A stretch of 64,000 nt of DNA from Promethearchaeota archaeon (GTDB lineage Archaea; Asgardarchaeota; Lokiarchaeia; Sigyniarchaeales; SOKP01), in assembly GCA_048938855.1 (NCBI GenBank), contig JBHLLT010000011.1, positions 42,400-106,399 on the forward strand, given 5' to 3'. The notes below the pieces were generated by a model. The model searched no databases. It had not been told where the DNA came from and worked only from the letters and a program-made list of their open reading frames with translations. This document shows positions 1 to 10,023 of this stretch, piece by piece. Position numbers and translations under genes: made by a program. How positions within the stretch are numbered: position 1 is the stretch's first letter; each line of letters begins with the position of its first letter.

Positions 1-587
1 ATAACTCTAGCATATGTATTCAGCATTTCTTGTTCTGTTGGTAGAGTTTTGCTTATTCCTATTAGTTTTTTATTCCATTTTTCTTCAACTATTTCACCAT
101 AAAGCTTTTGATTAAATCTCGAAGCAAATTTACGATATAACTGTTGTTTATTATGTTTATTTAATTCTGGACGATCTGAAAACTCTTCCACCTCAAAAAA
201 AAGTCTACTTATATTGTTCAGTGATTCTCTTGATTTATGTATATTTAAAACGCCTGTTTCAGGTTTTAAAGCAAGTAACAAGCTTTCACAATCTTTATAT
301 TTACCAGGTATGAAAACCATTGATTGTGGATAAATATTAACTTGAGCACTCTTTTCATCAATGTTAAACAAATCAAATTCAATGCTGAAAACCTCTGCTC
401 CGGAATAATCTCGTAATACTGCGTTATACATTGTTAAGTATTTTATAACCTCTTGGGAAAGCTCACTCACTTTTTCAGCTGTAAGTCGACCAGGTCCAAT
501 TACATCTCCCACAATAACCTCATTTGGTGAGGAATAGCCAAATATTAAAGAATACTGATAATTAATAAATTCTCGCGTTGTTATCAT
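1..587 (-). CDS. Hypothetical protein, partial (runs off window start)
   Basis: Manually translated open frame from ATG at 587: MITTREFINYQYSLIFGYSSPNEVIVGDVIGPG...; no stop before the window edge; no family recognised. Confidence 0.75.
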   Translation of the reverse strand, partial: MITTREFINYQYSLIFGYSSPNEVIVGDVIGPGRLTAEKVSELSQEVIKYLTMYNAVLRDYSGAEVFSIEFDLFNIDEKSAQVNIYPQSMVFIPGKYKDCESLLLALKPETGVLNIHKSRESLNNISRLFFEVEEFSDRPELNKHNKQQLYRKFASRFNQKLYGEIVEEKWNKKLIGISKTLPTEQEMLNTYARV

Positions 588-967
588 AATTTAAATTCAA
601 ATTTGTTTCATAATTCTTAAATTCATAAATTTAAAATATAAAAAACTTAAAACTAAACCTCGAAACTAAATTTAATGGCTTTTTAAATATTTTAAGTTTT
701 ATAAGTTTTAAAATTTATTTTTGAATACTAAATAAAGTATAGATTTAAAAATTTTAATGAAGAAATAAGAGAAATTGGTACTTCGGTAAGTAAAAAGTCA
801 AATTTTACCATACTTAAAATTTTAGATTTGGGTTATTTGGATCGTATTAAAAACCTATCCAAATTTCGAAAATAAAAATATAATAAGACAAAAATTATTA
901 TAATTATAATAATCATTATAATATCTAAAAGCAAGAAAGGTGGAGAGATATTCAATTCGGGTCTGAC

Positions 968-1354
968 TTGGGAATAAATCAAGATGATATTGAAAAAATT
1001 AGTCCTCAAATTACTTTTATAACATCGAACGCAGATATTGAGGCGATTGCACTTGTATCTCAAGAAGGGTACCAAATAGCATTTAGTGCATTACCACATT
1101 ATCATGTTGATGGAGATCAATTTTGCGGACTCTCAAGTGCATTACTAATGACGGGAAGATCAACAATTCAAACATTATTTCAAGAAGATCTAAGTGAGAT
1201 TATTGTTCGAGCTCAAGATGGATATATTGTAATTACCAATGCAGGGAGATTAGTCATTGTGTGTGCTGGTACTATTATTGATACACTAATGAAGACTGTA
1301 AAGGTTATGAGAATTGCTGCTAAAAATCTTTATAAAATTTTTGAAGATCGTTAG
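968..1354 (+). CDS. Roadblock/LC7 (MglB-like) domain protein
   Basis: 128 aa, TTG start; 'IEAIALVSQEGYQIA...LSSALLMTG...LSEIIVRAQDGYIVITNAG' roadblock pattern. Confidence 0.85.
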   Translation: MGINQDDIEKISPQITFITSNADIEAIALVSQEGYQIAFSALPHYHVDGDQFCGLSSALLMTGRSTIQTLFQEDLSEIIVRAQDGYIVITNAGRLVIVCAGTIIDTLMKTVKVMRIAAKNLYKIFEDR

Positions 1355-1473
1355 CTTAAATTATCTTTTTTACTAATTTTAAATATTATAACAATTTGTA
1401 CCCTAAATCAATAGGTTTTTAAATAACTTACTATATTTAAAACAGAATAATAAGTCATTAATTATTTTTATTC

Positions 1474-1521
1474 ATGTCGATTCTAAGAAATATAGCGTGG
1501 CAGTGGCTTTATTGGCATTAA
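1474..1521 (+). promoter_or_regulatory. Putative Trp-rich leader peptide MSILRNIAWQWLYWH with alternative hairpins (attenuator-like) upstream of trpB2
   Basis: ATG 1474 to TAA 1519-1521; TGG codons at 1498, 1504, 1513; TGGCTTTA/TAAAGCCA and ATTGGC/GCCAAT inverted repeats; T-tracts follow. Confidence 0.65.
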
Positions 1522-1672
1522 AGCCAATTGCATTTGATATTTCTTAATCTTATTTTTTCATTTTAATATTTTTACTTCAGAATATTAAAAACTCTTCCTA
1601 AATGCGCGTTAATTATTTTGATTTCCAATTTATTAATGACACACATCTTAAGGTGTGAAAAAACGAATATAA

Positions 1673-3088
1673 TTGGTAACTAAAATGATAGATTACTTTA
1701 AAGGAAGAATTATATTACAGCCAAATGAAATTCCAAAAGATTGGGTAAATATATTACCGACATTACCCTCTCCTATGACGCCCTTAATTAATCCGATGGA
1801 TGGGAGACCTGCACCCCCAGAAATGGCATTTGCTATATTCCCAAAAGAGTGTGTTAAGCAAGAGTTCTCTCTAGAACCTACAATCCCCATTCCAAAAGAA
1901 TTAAGGGAAATTTTTGCAAATTCATATAGACCCAGCCCTCTACATCGGGCATTAGGTTTAGAAAAAGAGTTAGGAATAGAAGGAGAGAAAATCAAAATTT
2001 TTTATAAAAATGAATCAACATCTCCTACTGGCTCTCATAAGCCCAATACTGCCATAACACAAGCATATTATGCTAAAAAAGAGGGACTAAGTGAATTGGT
2101 TACTGAAACAGGTGCAGGACAGTGGGGATCTGCTTTAGCTTATGGATGTTCCCTTTTTGGCCTTAAATGCACAGTATATATGGTGAGAGCAAGTTATTTC
2201 CAAAAGCCAGGGAGAAAAATTATGATGAGATGTTTTAATGCTAAAGTACATCCAAGTCCTTCAAAATTAACAGAATCTGGGAAAAAATTCCTAAATAAGG
2301 ATCAAGAACACCCCGGTAGTTTAGGAATCGCCATATCTGAAGCAATAGAACATAGTATGAGAAGTGATAAAATTAAATATTCTCTTGGAAGTGTAGTCAA
2401 TTTTGTTCTTCTACACCAGACTATTATTGGACAAGAAGTGAAAATACAATTAGCAAAAGTAGGTATTCAACATCCTGATGTAATAATAGGCTGCATGGGT
2501 GGAGGTTCCAACTTTGCAGGTCTAATGCTACCATTTGCAAAAGATAAACTAGAAGGTCAGAGTCAAGATATGGAAATAATAGGCGTTGAACCTCGGGCAT
2601 GTCCCAGTGTATGCAAAGGAGAGTATAGATGGGATTTTGGGGACTCTTCAATGAAAGGGCCAATATTAAAGATGTACACATTAGGTCATAATTTCATCCC
2701 TAGCCCAATTCATGCAGGGGGATTGAGATATCATGGAATGGCTCCGATAATTTCCATATTAAATAATCACGAGATTATAAAAACTACAATGCATCATCAA
2801 ACTGAAGTAATTGACGCAGGTATTCAATTTGCTAAAGCAGAAGGTATAATTCCAGCTCCAGAAAGTGCTCATGCTATAAAAGAAACAATTGATCAAGCTC
2901 TCAAAGCTAAAGACAACAATGAAAAAAAAGTTATTTTGTTCAATCTTAGTGGTCATGGTTTCTTTGATCTGTTAGCTTACGAAAAATATATGAATGGAGA
3001 ATTAGTGGATTATGAATTGCCTACAAGTCAAATTCAAAATTCACTCAAATCAGAAGAAATGCCAAAGATTGATGAATCTCAATTTTAA
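1673..3088 (+). CDS. trpB2: TrpB2, TrpB-like PLP-dependent enzyme (stand-alone tryptophan synthase beta type 2)
   Basis: SPTGSHKPNTA (PLP lysine), TETGAGQWG, GGGSNFAG, HAGGLRYHG, FNLSGHG; start may be ATG 1685. Confidence 0.95.
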   Translation: MVTKMIDYFKGRIILQPNEIPKDWVNILPTLPSPMTPLINPMDGRPAPPEMAFAIFPKECVKQEFSLEPTIPIPKELREIFANSYRPSPLHRALGLEKELGIEGEKIKIFYKNESTSPTGSHKPNTAITQAYYAKKEGLSELVTETGAGQWGSALAYGCSLFGLKCTVYMVRASYFQKPGRKIMMRCFNAKVHPSPSKLTESGKKFLNKDQEHPGSLGIAISEAIEHSMRSDKIKYSLGSVVNFVLLHQTIIGQEVKIQLAKVGIQHPDVIIGCMGGGSNFAGLMLPFAKDKLEGQSQDMEIIGVEPRACPSVCKGEYRWDFGDSSMKGPILKMYTLGHNFIPSPIHAGGLRYHGMAPIISILNNHEIIKTTMHHQTEVIDAGIQFAKAEGIIPAPESAHAIKETIDQALKAKDNNEKKVILFNLSGHGFFDLLAYEKYMNGELVDYELPTSQIQNSLKSEEMPKIDESQF

Positions 3089-3093
3089 ATCAA

Positions 3094-3113
3094 TTTTTTT
3101 TTTTAAAAAAAAA
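3094..3113 (+). terminator. Oligo-T (T11, followed by A9) putative terminator after trpB2
   Basis: T11 run 6 nt after the stop codon; archaeal terminators are oligo-T. Confidence 0.5.
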
Positions 3114-3185
3114 CCATTATTAATTCAAGAAAATCTTAAAATTGAAGGATCTTTTAAATATTAAAATTGATGAATTTGATTCTTC

Positions 3186-4214
3186 TTGAATGTTATTTCC
3201 ATAATAATTATATGTTTCTTATACCTGTACGGGTTAATAATTTTTTATATAACTTATTTAGCAAAAAAAAAGAACGAAAAAGGAGCTTTTATAAATAACT
3301 TAACAAACGGATTAATTTTCATATCTTCAATTTCGATTAATTTAATTATCTCTAATTTATATGACTTCCCAATTAGAGAGTTTATTGATTTTCCCTTAAA
3401 TATTTTAATGATTATTTTAATTATATTTTTTCTACCATTATTTTACATCTTCATAACTCGAGAGAAACACAGAATTAAAAAAAGTAAAAAAAATATTAAT
3501 AAACTCGAGCTTCAATCTTCTACAGAACTTCCTCTTAAATATGATATATATAGAAAATTAACACATTTTGTTGTATTAGGAATTATTTTCTTTTATTTCA
3601 GTCTAGGTCTTTTATTACAAAACCTTTTCATTAGTATGGGCTGGGATATAATGATCTTTTCACAAAATTTAGTAGTCTTCTTGGTTATGATTTCTTTAAT
3701 AGGTTTACTAACCGCGGATTTTGTGAGAATATTACAACCAGAGTTTTATCCATTAAAACCAGTCAATCAACTATTAAGGGAAAAGGAACTTCATATGAGG
3801 TTAGGACCTCATATTTCCATGAGTATTGGATGTTTTTCCATAATTTTACTTTACGGTATAATTCAACCAATTGGACCAGTGATAATCTGTACTTCAATGG
3901 CAATGTCTATTTTTGGAGATGCCACAGCAAATTTAGTAGGGAGGACAATTGGTCAAAAAAATATTAGAAACACTAAAAAAACATATGTAGGATTAATTGG
4001 AGGTATGATTGCAGCTTTTCTCTCTGGAATAATTGTATTATTTATATTAAGAAATTATTATAGATTTACTATTCCAGGGTTACTACTGATTCCCTTAATC
4101 GGAATGATGATCATTGGAATAATTGATTATTTGGATTTAGAGATTGATGATAATTTAACATTTAATTTTGGTGTTTCAACAATATTATTTTTTTGTTCAT
4201 TTTTAATATTATAA
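3186..4214 (+). CDS. CTP-dependent polyprenol/diacylglycerol kinase family membrane protein (dolichol/phytol kinase-like)
   Basis: Multiple TM segments; RKLTHF, GDATANLVGRTIG, KKTYVG, DDNL motifs. Confidence 0.8.
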   Translation: MNVISIIIICFLYLYGLIIFYITYLAKKKNEKGAFINNLTNGLIFISSISINLIISNLYDFPIREFIDFPLNILMIILIIFFLPLFYIFITREKHRIKKSKKNINKLELQSSTELPLKYDIYRKLTHFVVLGIIFFYFSLGLLLQNLFISMGWDIMIFSQNLVVFLVMISLIGLLTADFVRILQPEFYPLKPVNQLLREKELHMRLGPHISMSIGCFSIILLYGIIQPIGPVIICTSMAMSIFGDATANLVGRTIGQKNIRNTKKTYVGLIGGMIAAFLSGIIVLFILRNYYRFTIPGLLLIPLIGMMIIGIIDYLDLEIDDNLTFNFGVSTILFFCSFLIL

Positions 4215-4254
4215 TTAGGTATCAAAAATTTTTTCAATCATAATTATTTTTTTT

Positions 4255-4767
4255 ATGAAAATGTTGGAAGAAAAATTAAAAATTGATAAAATATCTAAAG
4301 GAACTGTTATTGATCATATAGATGCAGGATATGCAATAACAATTCTTAATCTTACTGGTATTGATGAATCAAAAAATTTAATGACAATTGGTGTAAATGT
4401 CTTATCAAAAAAATTCAAGACAAAGGATATTATTAAAATCGAGAATGTTTTTCTGAATGAAACTCAAATGCAACAAATATCTATACTGTCACCTAATGCT
4501 ACAATTTCCCTAATTGAAAATTATAAAGTAATGGAAAAGAAAAAGGTGGAGCTTCCTAAGATCATTAAAAAATTGATATTATGTGTTAATCAAACCTGTA
4601 TAAGTAATTCGGAAAAAGAGCCTATTGACACGGAATTTCTAGTATTAGAAGAAAAACCCCTGAAAATTCAATGCGTTTATTGCGAACGTATATATAAATT
4701 AGAAGAAATTGTTTTCACTTCGAAAGAAAAAAAAGAAATGAAGGTAAAACAAAGAATTCAACTTTAA
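4255..4767 (+). CDS. pyrI: Aspartate carbamoyltransferase regulatory subunit
   Basis: GTVIDHIDAG, KDIIKIEN, CxNxxC...CxYCE Zn site. Confidence 0.95.
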   Translation: MKMLEEKLKIDKISKGTVIDHIDAGYAITILNLTGIDESKNLMTIGVNVLSKKFKTKDIIKIENVFLNETQMQQISILSPNATISLIENYKVMEKKKVELPKIIKKLILCVNQTCISNSEKEPIDTEFLVLEEKPLKIQCVYCERIYKLEEIVFTSKEKKEMKVKQRIQL

Positions 4768-4783
4768 AATAACATTGATACAT

Positions 4784-5224
4784 TTATAAAAAGAGTTCAA
4801 GAATTGATGAGAAATTAGGAATAAAATTTAGTAAAGTATGAAGAAAAACACCAACAAGCATAAATAAGAGAAAGAATATGCCAATTCCTGGCAGTATAAT
4901 ATTTTTCCAATGCCATTCTTCTTTATCATATTCATATTTTAAAATATTGAAACTAACCACAAAGGGAAATAGAAACCACCATAATAACATCCACATTAAC
5001 ATAAACCAACCTATCAATCCAAAGATCAAACGACCTACTAAAGCACTTAATGCTCCCGTAACTGCCCGAATCCAATATAATTTTGTTTCCCTTTCCATAC
5101 GAAGATCAAATGATTTTAAAGGCCTTTTTTCGACTTGAGATAATTGTTTTTTTTGTTCTTTTTTCTTCTGGTGTAAAAGCCTTTTTCTTCTTTTTTTAAT
5201 ATCTATCTTCTTGCGTCTTCGCAT
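4784..5224 (-). CDS. EMC6/Rab5ip-like three-TM membrane protein
   Basis: Basic N-tail then YWIRAVTGALSALVGRLIFGLIG and C-terminal GIGIFFLLFMLVGVFLHTL, resembling the EMC6 pattern. Confidence 0.6.
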   Translation of the reverse strand: MRRRKKIDIKKRRKRLLHQKKKEQKKQLSQVEKRPLKSFDLRMERETKLYWIRAVTGALSALVGRLIFGLIGWFMLMWMLLWWFLFPFVVSFNILKYEYDKEEWHWKNIILPGIGIFFLLFMLVGVFLHTLLNFIPNFSSILELFL

Positions 5225-5296
5225 AATTATTATTATAAATATTAATTATTATAAAAATCATTATATAATATTGATAAACTAGAATTTAAACCTAAT

Positions 5297-7351
5297 ATGA
5301 TTAAACCATCAACAGAATTTACTAATTTTGACGTTTTTGCCATCGTAAAAGAATTAGATTTATTATTGTCTAATGGTGCAATTTTAAATATATATGAAGT
5401 AGAGGATATATTGATATTAAAAATCAATACTAATTTTGGAAAGAAAAATTTACTTATCAAAAAGGATTCAAGGATTAATTTAACCGAATATGATTATCCT
5501 ATCCCTAAATACCCTAGCCAATATATAATCTCTCTCCGAAAGTTATTAAAAAATCGGAAAATCTTAAAAATTAGTCAACACCAATTTGATAGAATTGTTA
5601 TAATTGAATTAAGTGATATTTCAGCTCAACCCTGGAAATTTGTAATAGAACTTTTCAACAAGGGAAATTTCCTTCTATTAGATGAAAAGAATAATATAAA
5701 AGTTGCTAAGAAATATAGAAAGTTCCGGGATAGAGAAATTCTACCAAATAAAGAATATATTTTTCCTCGTTCTCTTGAAGCAGATTTTTTAACTTTAAAT
5801 AATGATGAATTTAGGACATATTTTTTTAATTCTGATGTAGAGATTGTTAGAGATCTATCAAGAAAAATTCATATCTCTGGATTATATAGTGAAGAAATAT
5901 GTCATAGAGCTAATATTGATAAAATTATTTTGGGAAAAAATCTAACAGATGATCAGTACAATAATTTATATTCTGCATTTAAGAAGTTAAGAAATCAATT
6001 ATTATTCGGTGAGACAAATGCTATTATTGTTTTTGATAAAGATGAAAATCAAATTTCTGTGCTTCCCTTTGAAATCGATATTCTTAAACAATATAGTAAG
6101 GAACATTATGATACATTTAATGAAGCAGTAGACAAATATTTCTCAAAAATGGATTCTGAAACCTTAAAAAGTCCTAAAGATCAAAAAATTGACAAGCAAA
6201 TTAAAGCTCAAAAAAAAATTTTAAAAAATCAAGAAGATTATCTTGAAGAACTTAAAATTAAAAAAGATAAATATTATAAAATTGGAGAACTAATCTATGC
6301 CAACTTGAGTTCCTTAGAAAAATTAAAAACCGTAGTCATGGATGCAAAAAAAAAAGGGTACTCATGGGAAACTATTAACAACAAACTTAAAGAAGCAAAA
6401 TTGGAAAATTTAGACGGTGCAGAATTCTTTGATAAGATCATACCCTCTACTGGCCAGATTATGATATGCATTAATGGGTACAGTATTAAGCTTGATTTAA
6501 ATAAAAGTATAGGAGAAAATGCTAATAGTATCTACTCTAAAGGGAAGAAAGCCGATCAAAAATTAAAAGGTACAATAATTGCCAGAGAAAAAACCAAAGA
6601 AAAACTTGATAAGTTAATGATTGATCGAGAGTCAATTGAAGCAGAAATTGATTTTTTGATTAAGAAACCAAAGAAGAATTGGTATGAGAAATTTAGATGG
6701 TTTTTTTCATCTGATGAATATTTAATTATAGGAGGTAGAGATGCAACTTCAAATGAGATAATTTTTAGAAAGCATATTGACCAGAATGACTTAGTTTTTC
6801 ACACGAATTTCCCAGGATCTCCATTAGTAATAATTAAAAATCCAAATAACACGCAAATTCCTATAACAACTATTAAAGAGACTAGCGAATTTGTCGCAAC
6901 CTATTCAAGAGCATGGAAAGAGGGTTGGGGTGTAGTCGATATATTTTATATTAATCCAGATCAAATTTCTAAAACTCCTCCCTCAGGTGAGTTTTTACCA
7001 AAAGGATCCTTTATAGTTTCAGGTAAAAAGAACTTTATTAAAAATGTTAAAACTGAATTAACGATTGGATTATTATTCATTGAATTAGAGGCAAATTCTA
7101 AAGAACATCAGGAAATACTTTATCCTAAAATTATATCCGGCCCAAAATCTGCAGTAAAGAAACAAACTAATAATTATATAACAATAATCCCAACAAAATC
7201 TGACGGTTTTTCTAAAGGAAAGCTAGCAAAAGAGATACTTTCTACTTTTTATAAAGATATTGAAAAGGAATTGAAAATTTGGTTAAGTCTTTTATCCATA
7301 GATGAGCTCCTTCTTTATTTACCTAGTGGGATATCTAAAATAAAGACATAA
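5297..7351 (+). CDS. rqcH: Rqc2/RqcH (NEMF/NFACT family) ribosome quality control protein
   Basis: FDRIV, IELFNKGN, WYEKFRWFFSSDEYLIIGGRDATSNE, SKTPPSGEFLPKGSFIVSG. Confidence 0.93.
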   Translation: MIKPSTEFTNFDVFAIVKELDLLLSNGAILNIYEVEDILILKINTNFGKKNLLIKKDSRINLTEYDYPIPKYPSQYIISLRKLLKNRKILKISQHQFDRIVIIELSDISAQPWKFVIELFNKGNFLLLDEKNNIKVAKKYRKFRDREILPNKEYIFPRSLEADFLTLNNDEFRTYFFNSDVEIVRDLSRKIHISGLYSEEICHRANIDKIILGKNLTDDQYNNLYSAFKKLRNQLLFGETNAIIVFDKDENQISVLPFEIDILKQYSKEHYDTFNEAVDKYFSKMDSETLKSPKDQKIDKQIKAQKKILKNQEDYLEELKIKKDKYYKIGELIYANLSSLEKLKTVVMDAKKKGYSWETINNKLKEAKLENLDGAEFFDKIIPSTGQIMICINGYSIKLDLNKSIGENANSIYSKGKKADQKLKGTIIAREKTKEKLDKLMIDRESIEAEIDFLIKKPKKNWYEKFRWFFSSDEYLIIGGRDATSNEIIFRKHIDQNDLVFHTNFPGSPLVIIKNPNNTQIPITTIKETSEFVATYSRAWKEGWGVVDIFYINPDQISKTPPSGEFLPKGSFIVSGKKNFIKNVKTELTIGLLFIELEANSKEHQEILYPKIISGPKSAVKKQTNNYITIIPTKSDGFSKGKLAKEILSTFYKDIEKELKIWLSLLSIDELLLYLPSGISKIKT

Positions 7352-7359
7352 ATCCTATT

Positions 7360-8103
7360 TCAATTTTTGCAAAACAGACGTTTAATCGTTTCTATATTTT
7401 TATAGTTATCGAATAAAATTCCATCAATGCCTAAATCAACTAGAGATTTAATTTTAGATATAGGATTTTTGTATAATATAAAATCCCATGCTAAAGATTT
7501 AATTTTAAATTCATGACATATCAATATGAATTTCTTAGAAACTAAACTGGATCTTAAACTTATCATATCTGGTTTTATATCTTTCTTTAATAGGCTCTTA
7601 AAATTTAAAAGATCATTTAGAGTGAAACCTAAACCCTTTGTAATATTGTAGCATATTCGACTTTCATTGTAAACTTTCTTTATTGCGATTAATTCCTGTA
7701 AATTCCTTCCACTAAAAATACAATCATCCAGTAAGCCAAATTTGTTGACAATTTTTATAATTTTATTATATATGTTATCAACTTTCAACTCAATCATAAA
7801 TTTTGTTTTTCCCTTTAAGACTTTTAATACTTCTGATAAGGTAGGGATTTTACTGCCATAATTTTTCGTTCTAATTTCTTTAATTTCATTTAAATGAAGA
7901 CTTTTTAGTAAACCTGAACTTCTTGTCGTTCTATCTAAATTAGGATCATGTAAAATTATCAAATTTCCATCCTTACTCCTTCGAACATCAAATTCAATAC
8001 AATTAGCACCAGAGTCTAATGCTTTTTCAAAAGCAATGATTGTATTTTCATCAAAATCAGTTCTAGTTCCTCGATGTCCTATAAATAGAAATTCTGAGTC
8101 CAT
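7360..8103 (-). CDS. Glycerophosphodiester phosphodiesterase family protein
   Basis: IGHRG, ENT, IEFDVRRSKDG..LHD, IPTL, IELK, GIDGILFD. Confidence 0.92.
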   Translation of the reverse strand: MDSEFLFIGHRGTRTDFDENTIIAFEKALDSGANCIEFDVRRSKDGNLIILHDPNLDRTTRSSGLLKSLHLNEIKEIRTKNYGSKIPTLSEVLKVLKGKTKFMIELKVDNIYNKIIKIVNKFGLLDDCIFSGRNLQELIAIKKVYNESRICYNITKGLGFTLNDLLNFKSLLKKDIKPDMISLRSSLVSKKFILICHEFKIKSLAWDFILYKNPISKIKSLVDLGIDGILFDNYKNIETIKRLFCKN

Positions 8104-8127
8104 AGCAGAATTTTAAAAATATCACAT

Positions 8128-8541
8128 TCACTCTTGAATAAGAAATAAGTAGATTACTATTATAAATATTCCAATAAGAGTAAGAGTAAAAACTGAGAGA
8201 TTTAATAAAGTTTGTCCAATGGATAAGAGAATGAACATAAGTAATTCTTTCCAGTTCAATCGTTTACCAACCAATTCTTTATAATTTGCATAACTGGTAA
8301 TTATAAATATAAAAAACAATAAAACAACAATTACTTTTATAACCACATCAATAATCGTCCATAACAAATCTATATTCATTAGAATTGTTATTATCTCTAA
8401 ATTAAATAATATTGAGACAATAAAACATATAGTTCCTAATACTGCTGATATAGTTATTGATCTATAAGCAAAAGTCTCATCGGAACGACTCTTTTCCAAT
8501 TTCATCTGTTTCCCTTCCGATAATTTAGGAATTTTTGACAT
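8128..8541 (-). CDS. Small multi-pass membrane protein, hypothetical
   Basis: Likely start ATG 8541 (MSKIPK...) just after the upstream gene's stop; about 4 hydrophobic segments. Confidence 0.7.
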   Translation of the reverse strand: MSKIPKLSEGKQMKLEKSRSDETFAYRSITISAVLGTICFIVSILFNLEIITILMNIDLLWTIIDVVIKVIVVLLFFIFIITSYANYKELVGKRLNWKELLMFILLSIGQTLLNLSVFTLTLIGIFIIVIYLFLIQE

Positions 8542-8542
8542 A

Positions 8543-9352
8543 TTATCTTTTATATCTTTTAATTTTTTCTTTAAGTTTAAAAATTCTATAAATAAAAATA
8601 CCCAGGAAAATACCCATAATACTAAATAATAATGTAGTAAACACATAAATTGTAGCAAAGAAAATTGGAAATGTTGTAGTGGAAACTGATTTAATATTGA
8701 TAAGTACAATCGCACTTTTTTTGATACCATTAGGGAAAGCTGATGTATCTCCATAAGTAATATTGAAGGCATAAGCATTACCAAAATCTAATGCAGCATC
8801 ATCTTTATTTGATTTATCACCTTTAATTGGTAAAGAAAATTCATAAATAGAAGTGAGGTCTTCAAGCGTAGCAGCACCTTTGCCATTTTGTTCTGTATCG
8901 ATAGTGAAATCAGTATGACCAGACTCACTATGACTAACATTATAATCAAAATAACTATATTCATTTGCAGAAATATTTGTAAATTGTATAATTTTAGCAT
9001 CTATAAATTCAGTATTATCCTCAGAAGAACTATTTGATATAATTAAACCTACAAATTCATTTGTACTGTGATAACCAGATTCTAAATCAAATTGCACAGA
9101 AATATAAAGATTTATTTCATCTTGCATGACCCATAAACTAATATTTAAATCATCTAGTGAAATACCTCCCTTGTAAGCGTCCCTCCATTCATGCGTTGAT
9201 ATATCAATATAACCATCAATTACTGGAGTTTCTCCATATTTTGAGTCTATTTCTTGTGTAGCACATTTCCCGTTTGATAAAAAAAATAGAGAAGCCACAG
9301 TCAAGTTTATTATTACAATACATGCTAAAATTCTAAAATTTATTTTCTCCAA
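8543..9352 (-). CDS. Membrane-anchored extracellular protein, DOMON/CBM9-like
   Basis: N-terminal signal-like helix, TPVIDGYID..EW, LYISVQF, YEFSLP, C-terminal TM with basic tail. Confidence 0.65.
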   Translation of the reverse strand: MEKINFRILACIVIINLTVASLFFLSNGKCATQEIDSKYGETPVIDGYIDISTHEWRDAYKGGISLDDLNISLWVMQDEINLYISVQFDLESGYHSTNEFVGLIISNSSSEDNTEFIDAKIIQFTNISANEYSYFDYNVSHSESGHTDFTIDTEQNGKGAATLEDLTSIYEFSLPIKGDKSNKDDAALDFGNAYAFNITYGDTSAFPNGIKKSAIVLINIKSVSTTTFPIFFATIYVFTTLLFSIMGIFLGIFIYRIFKLKEKIKRYKR

Positions 9353-9543
9353 GATCAGAAAGCCTTAAATTTTTAAATATTTCTATTTTCTGTTATGCCA
9401 AATATAAAAATTGATAATTAAAATTGAATTTAATATTTTTCGTATAAAATATCTCTTTTACAAAAAATCTGACATCTAATTCTACAAATATAAAATTCTC
9501 CTAAATCAATAATTTTTTTTTCAATTAAAAAGAGATATATAAA

Positions 9544-10023
9544 CTATTGAAGAAAATTAGGAAACATAACAATACAGTTAAATTTGTTTAAATAAACAAT
9601 AATATAGTTCAACAGGCGTTTAATATCTCTTTTAGCTTCTAATAAATTCTGGTTATTATATTCAGCGAATGGTTTAGGACCAATTCCGACTAAAATACCT
9701 GACAAATCTTTTTCCCTTTTAATGAAAAACCAAAAAGGCATCTTTTTTTCATTATCTTTAACTAGTAAAAGCATCCATGGATTTTCCGTCCAATCATCAT
9801 CATTAGGACCAATGACTTTTTCAATCGTTTTTTGGGTTTGATACTTTTTAGTCATTTTTATAGTCTTTACCAAAGCATTAAAATAACTTCTTTTTATTTT
9901 TAGATACCCCCCAAAATATCCTTTAGTATCAAATAATTCTATCTCTTTTTTCTCTCCATCTGGTAATTTCAAAAAAACTTTCCAATTATTCATGATAGAT
10001 TTACTTATGTTTTTTAAGTCCAA
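9544..10023 (-). CDS. Hypothetical protein
   Basis: 159-aa ORF (true start may be the internal MNNWK); co-oriented with RNase P genes. Confidence 0.7.
   Translation of the reverse strand: MDLKNISKSIMNNWKVFLKLPDGEKKEIELFDTKGYFGGYLKIKRSYFNALVKTIKMTKKYQTQKTIEKVIGPNDDDWTENPWMLLLVKDNEKKMPFWFFIKREKDLSGILVGIGPKPFAEYNNQNLLEAKRDIKRLLNYIIVYLNKFNCIVMFPNFLQ

Noticed and set aside
833-1075. 80-aa minus ORF and the many short antisense or alternate-frame ORFs in the track (e.g. 1693, 4878, 24359, 28332, 41840, 45756, 49062)
   Set aside because: Shadow ORFs of well-supported genes; low-complexity F/S/L/I composition expected from A-rich sense strands
8542-8784. N-terminal 81 aa of ORF-track 8128..8784
   Set aside because: Overlaps the upstream gene in another frame; ATG 8541 right after its stop is more plausible
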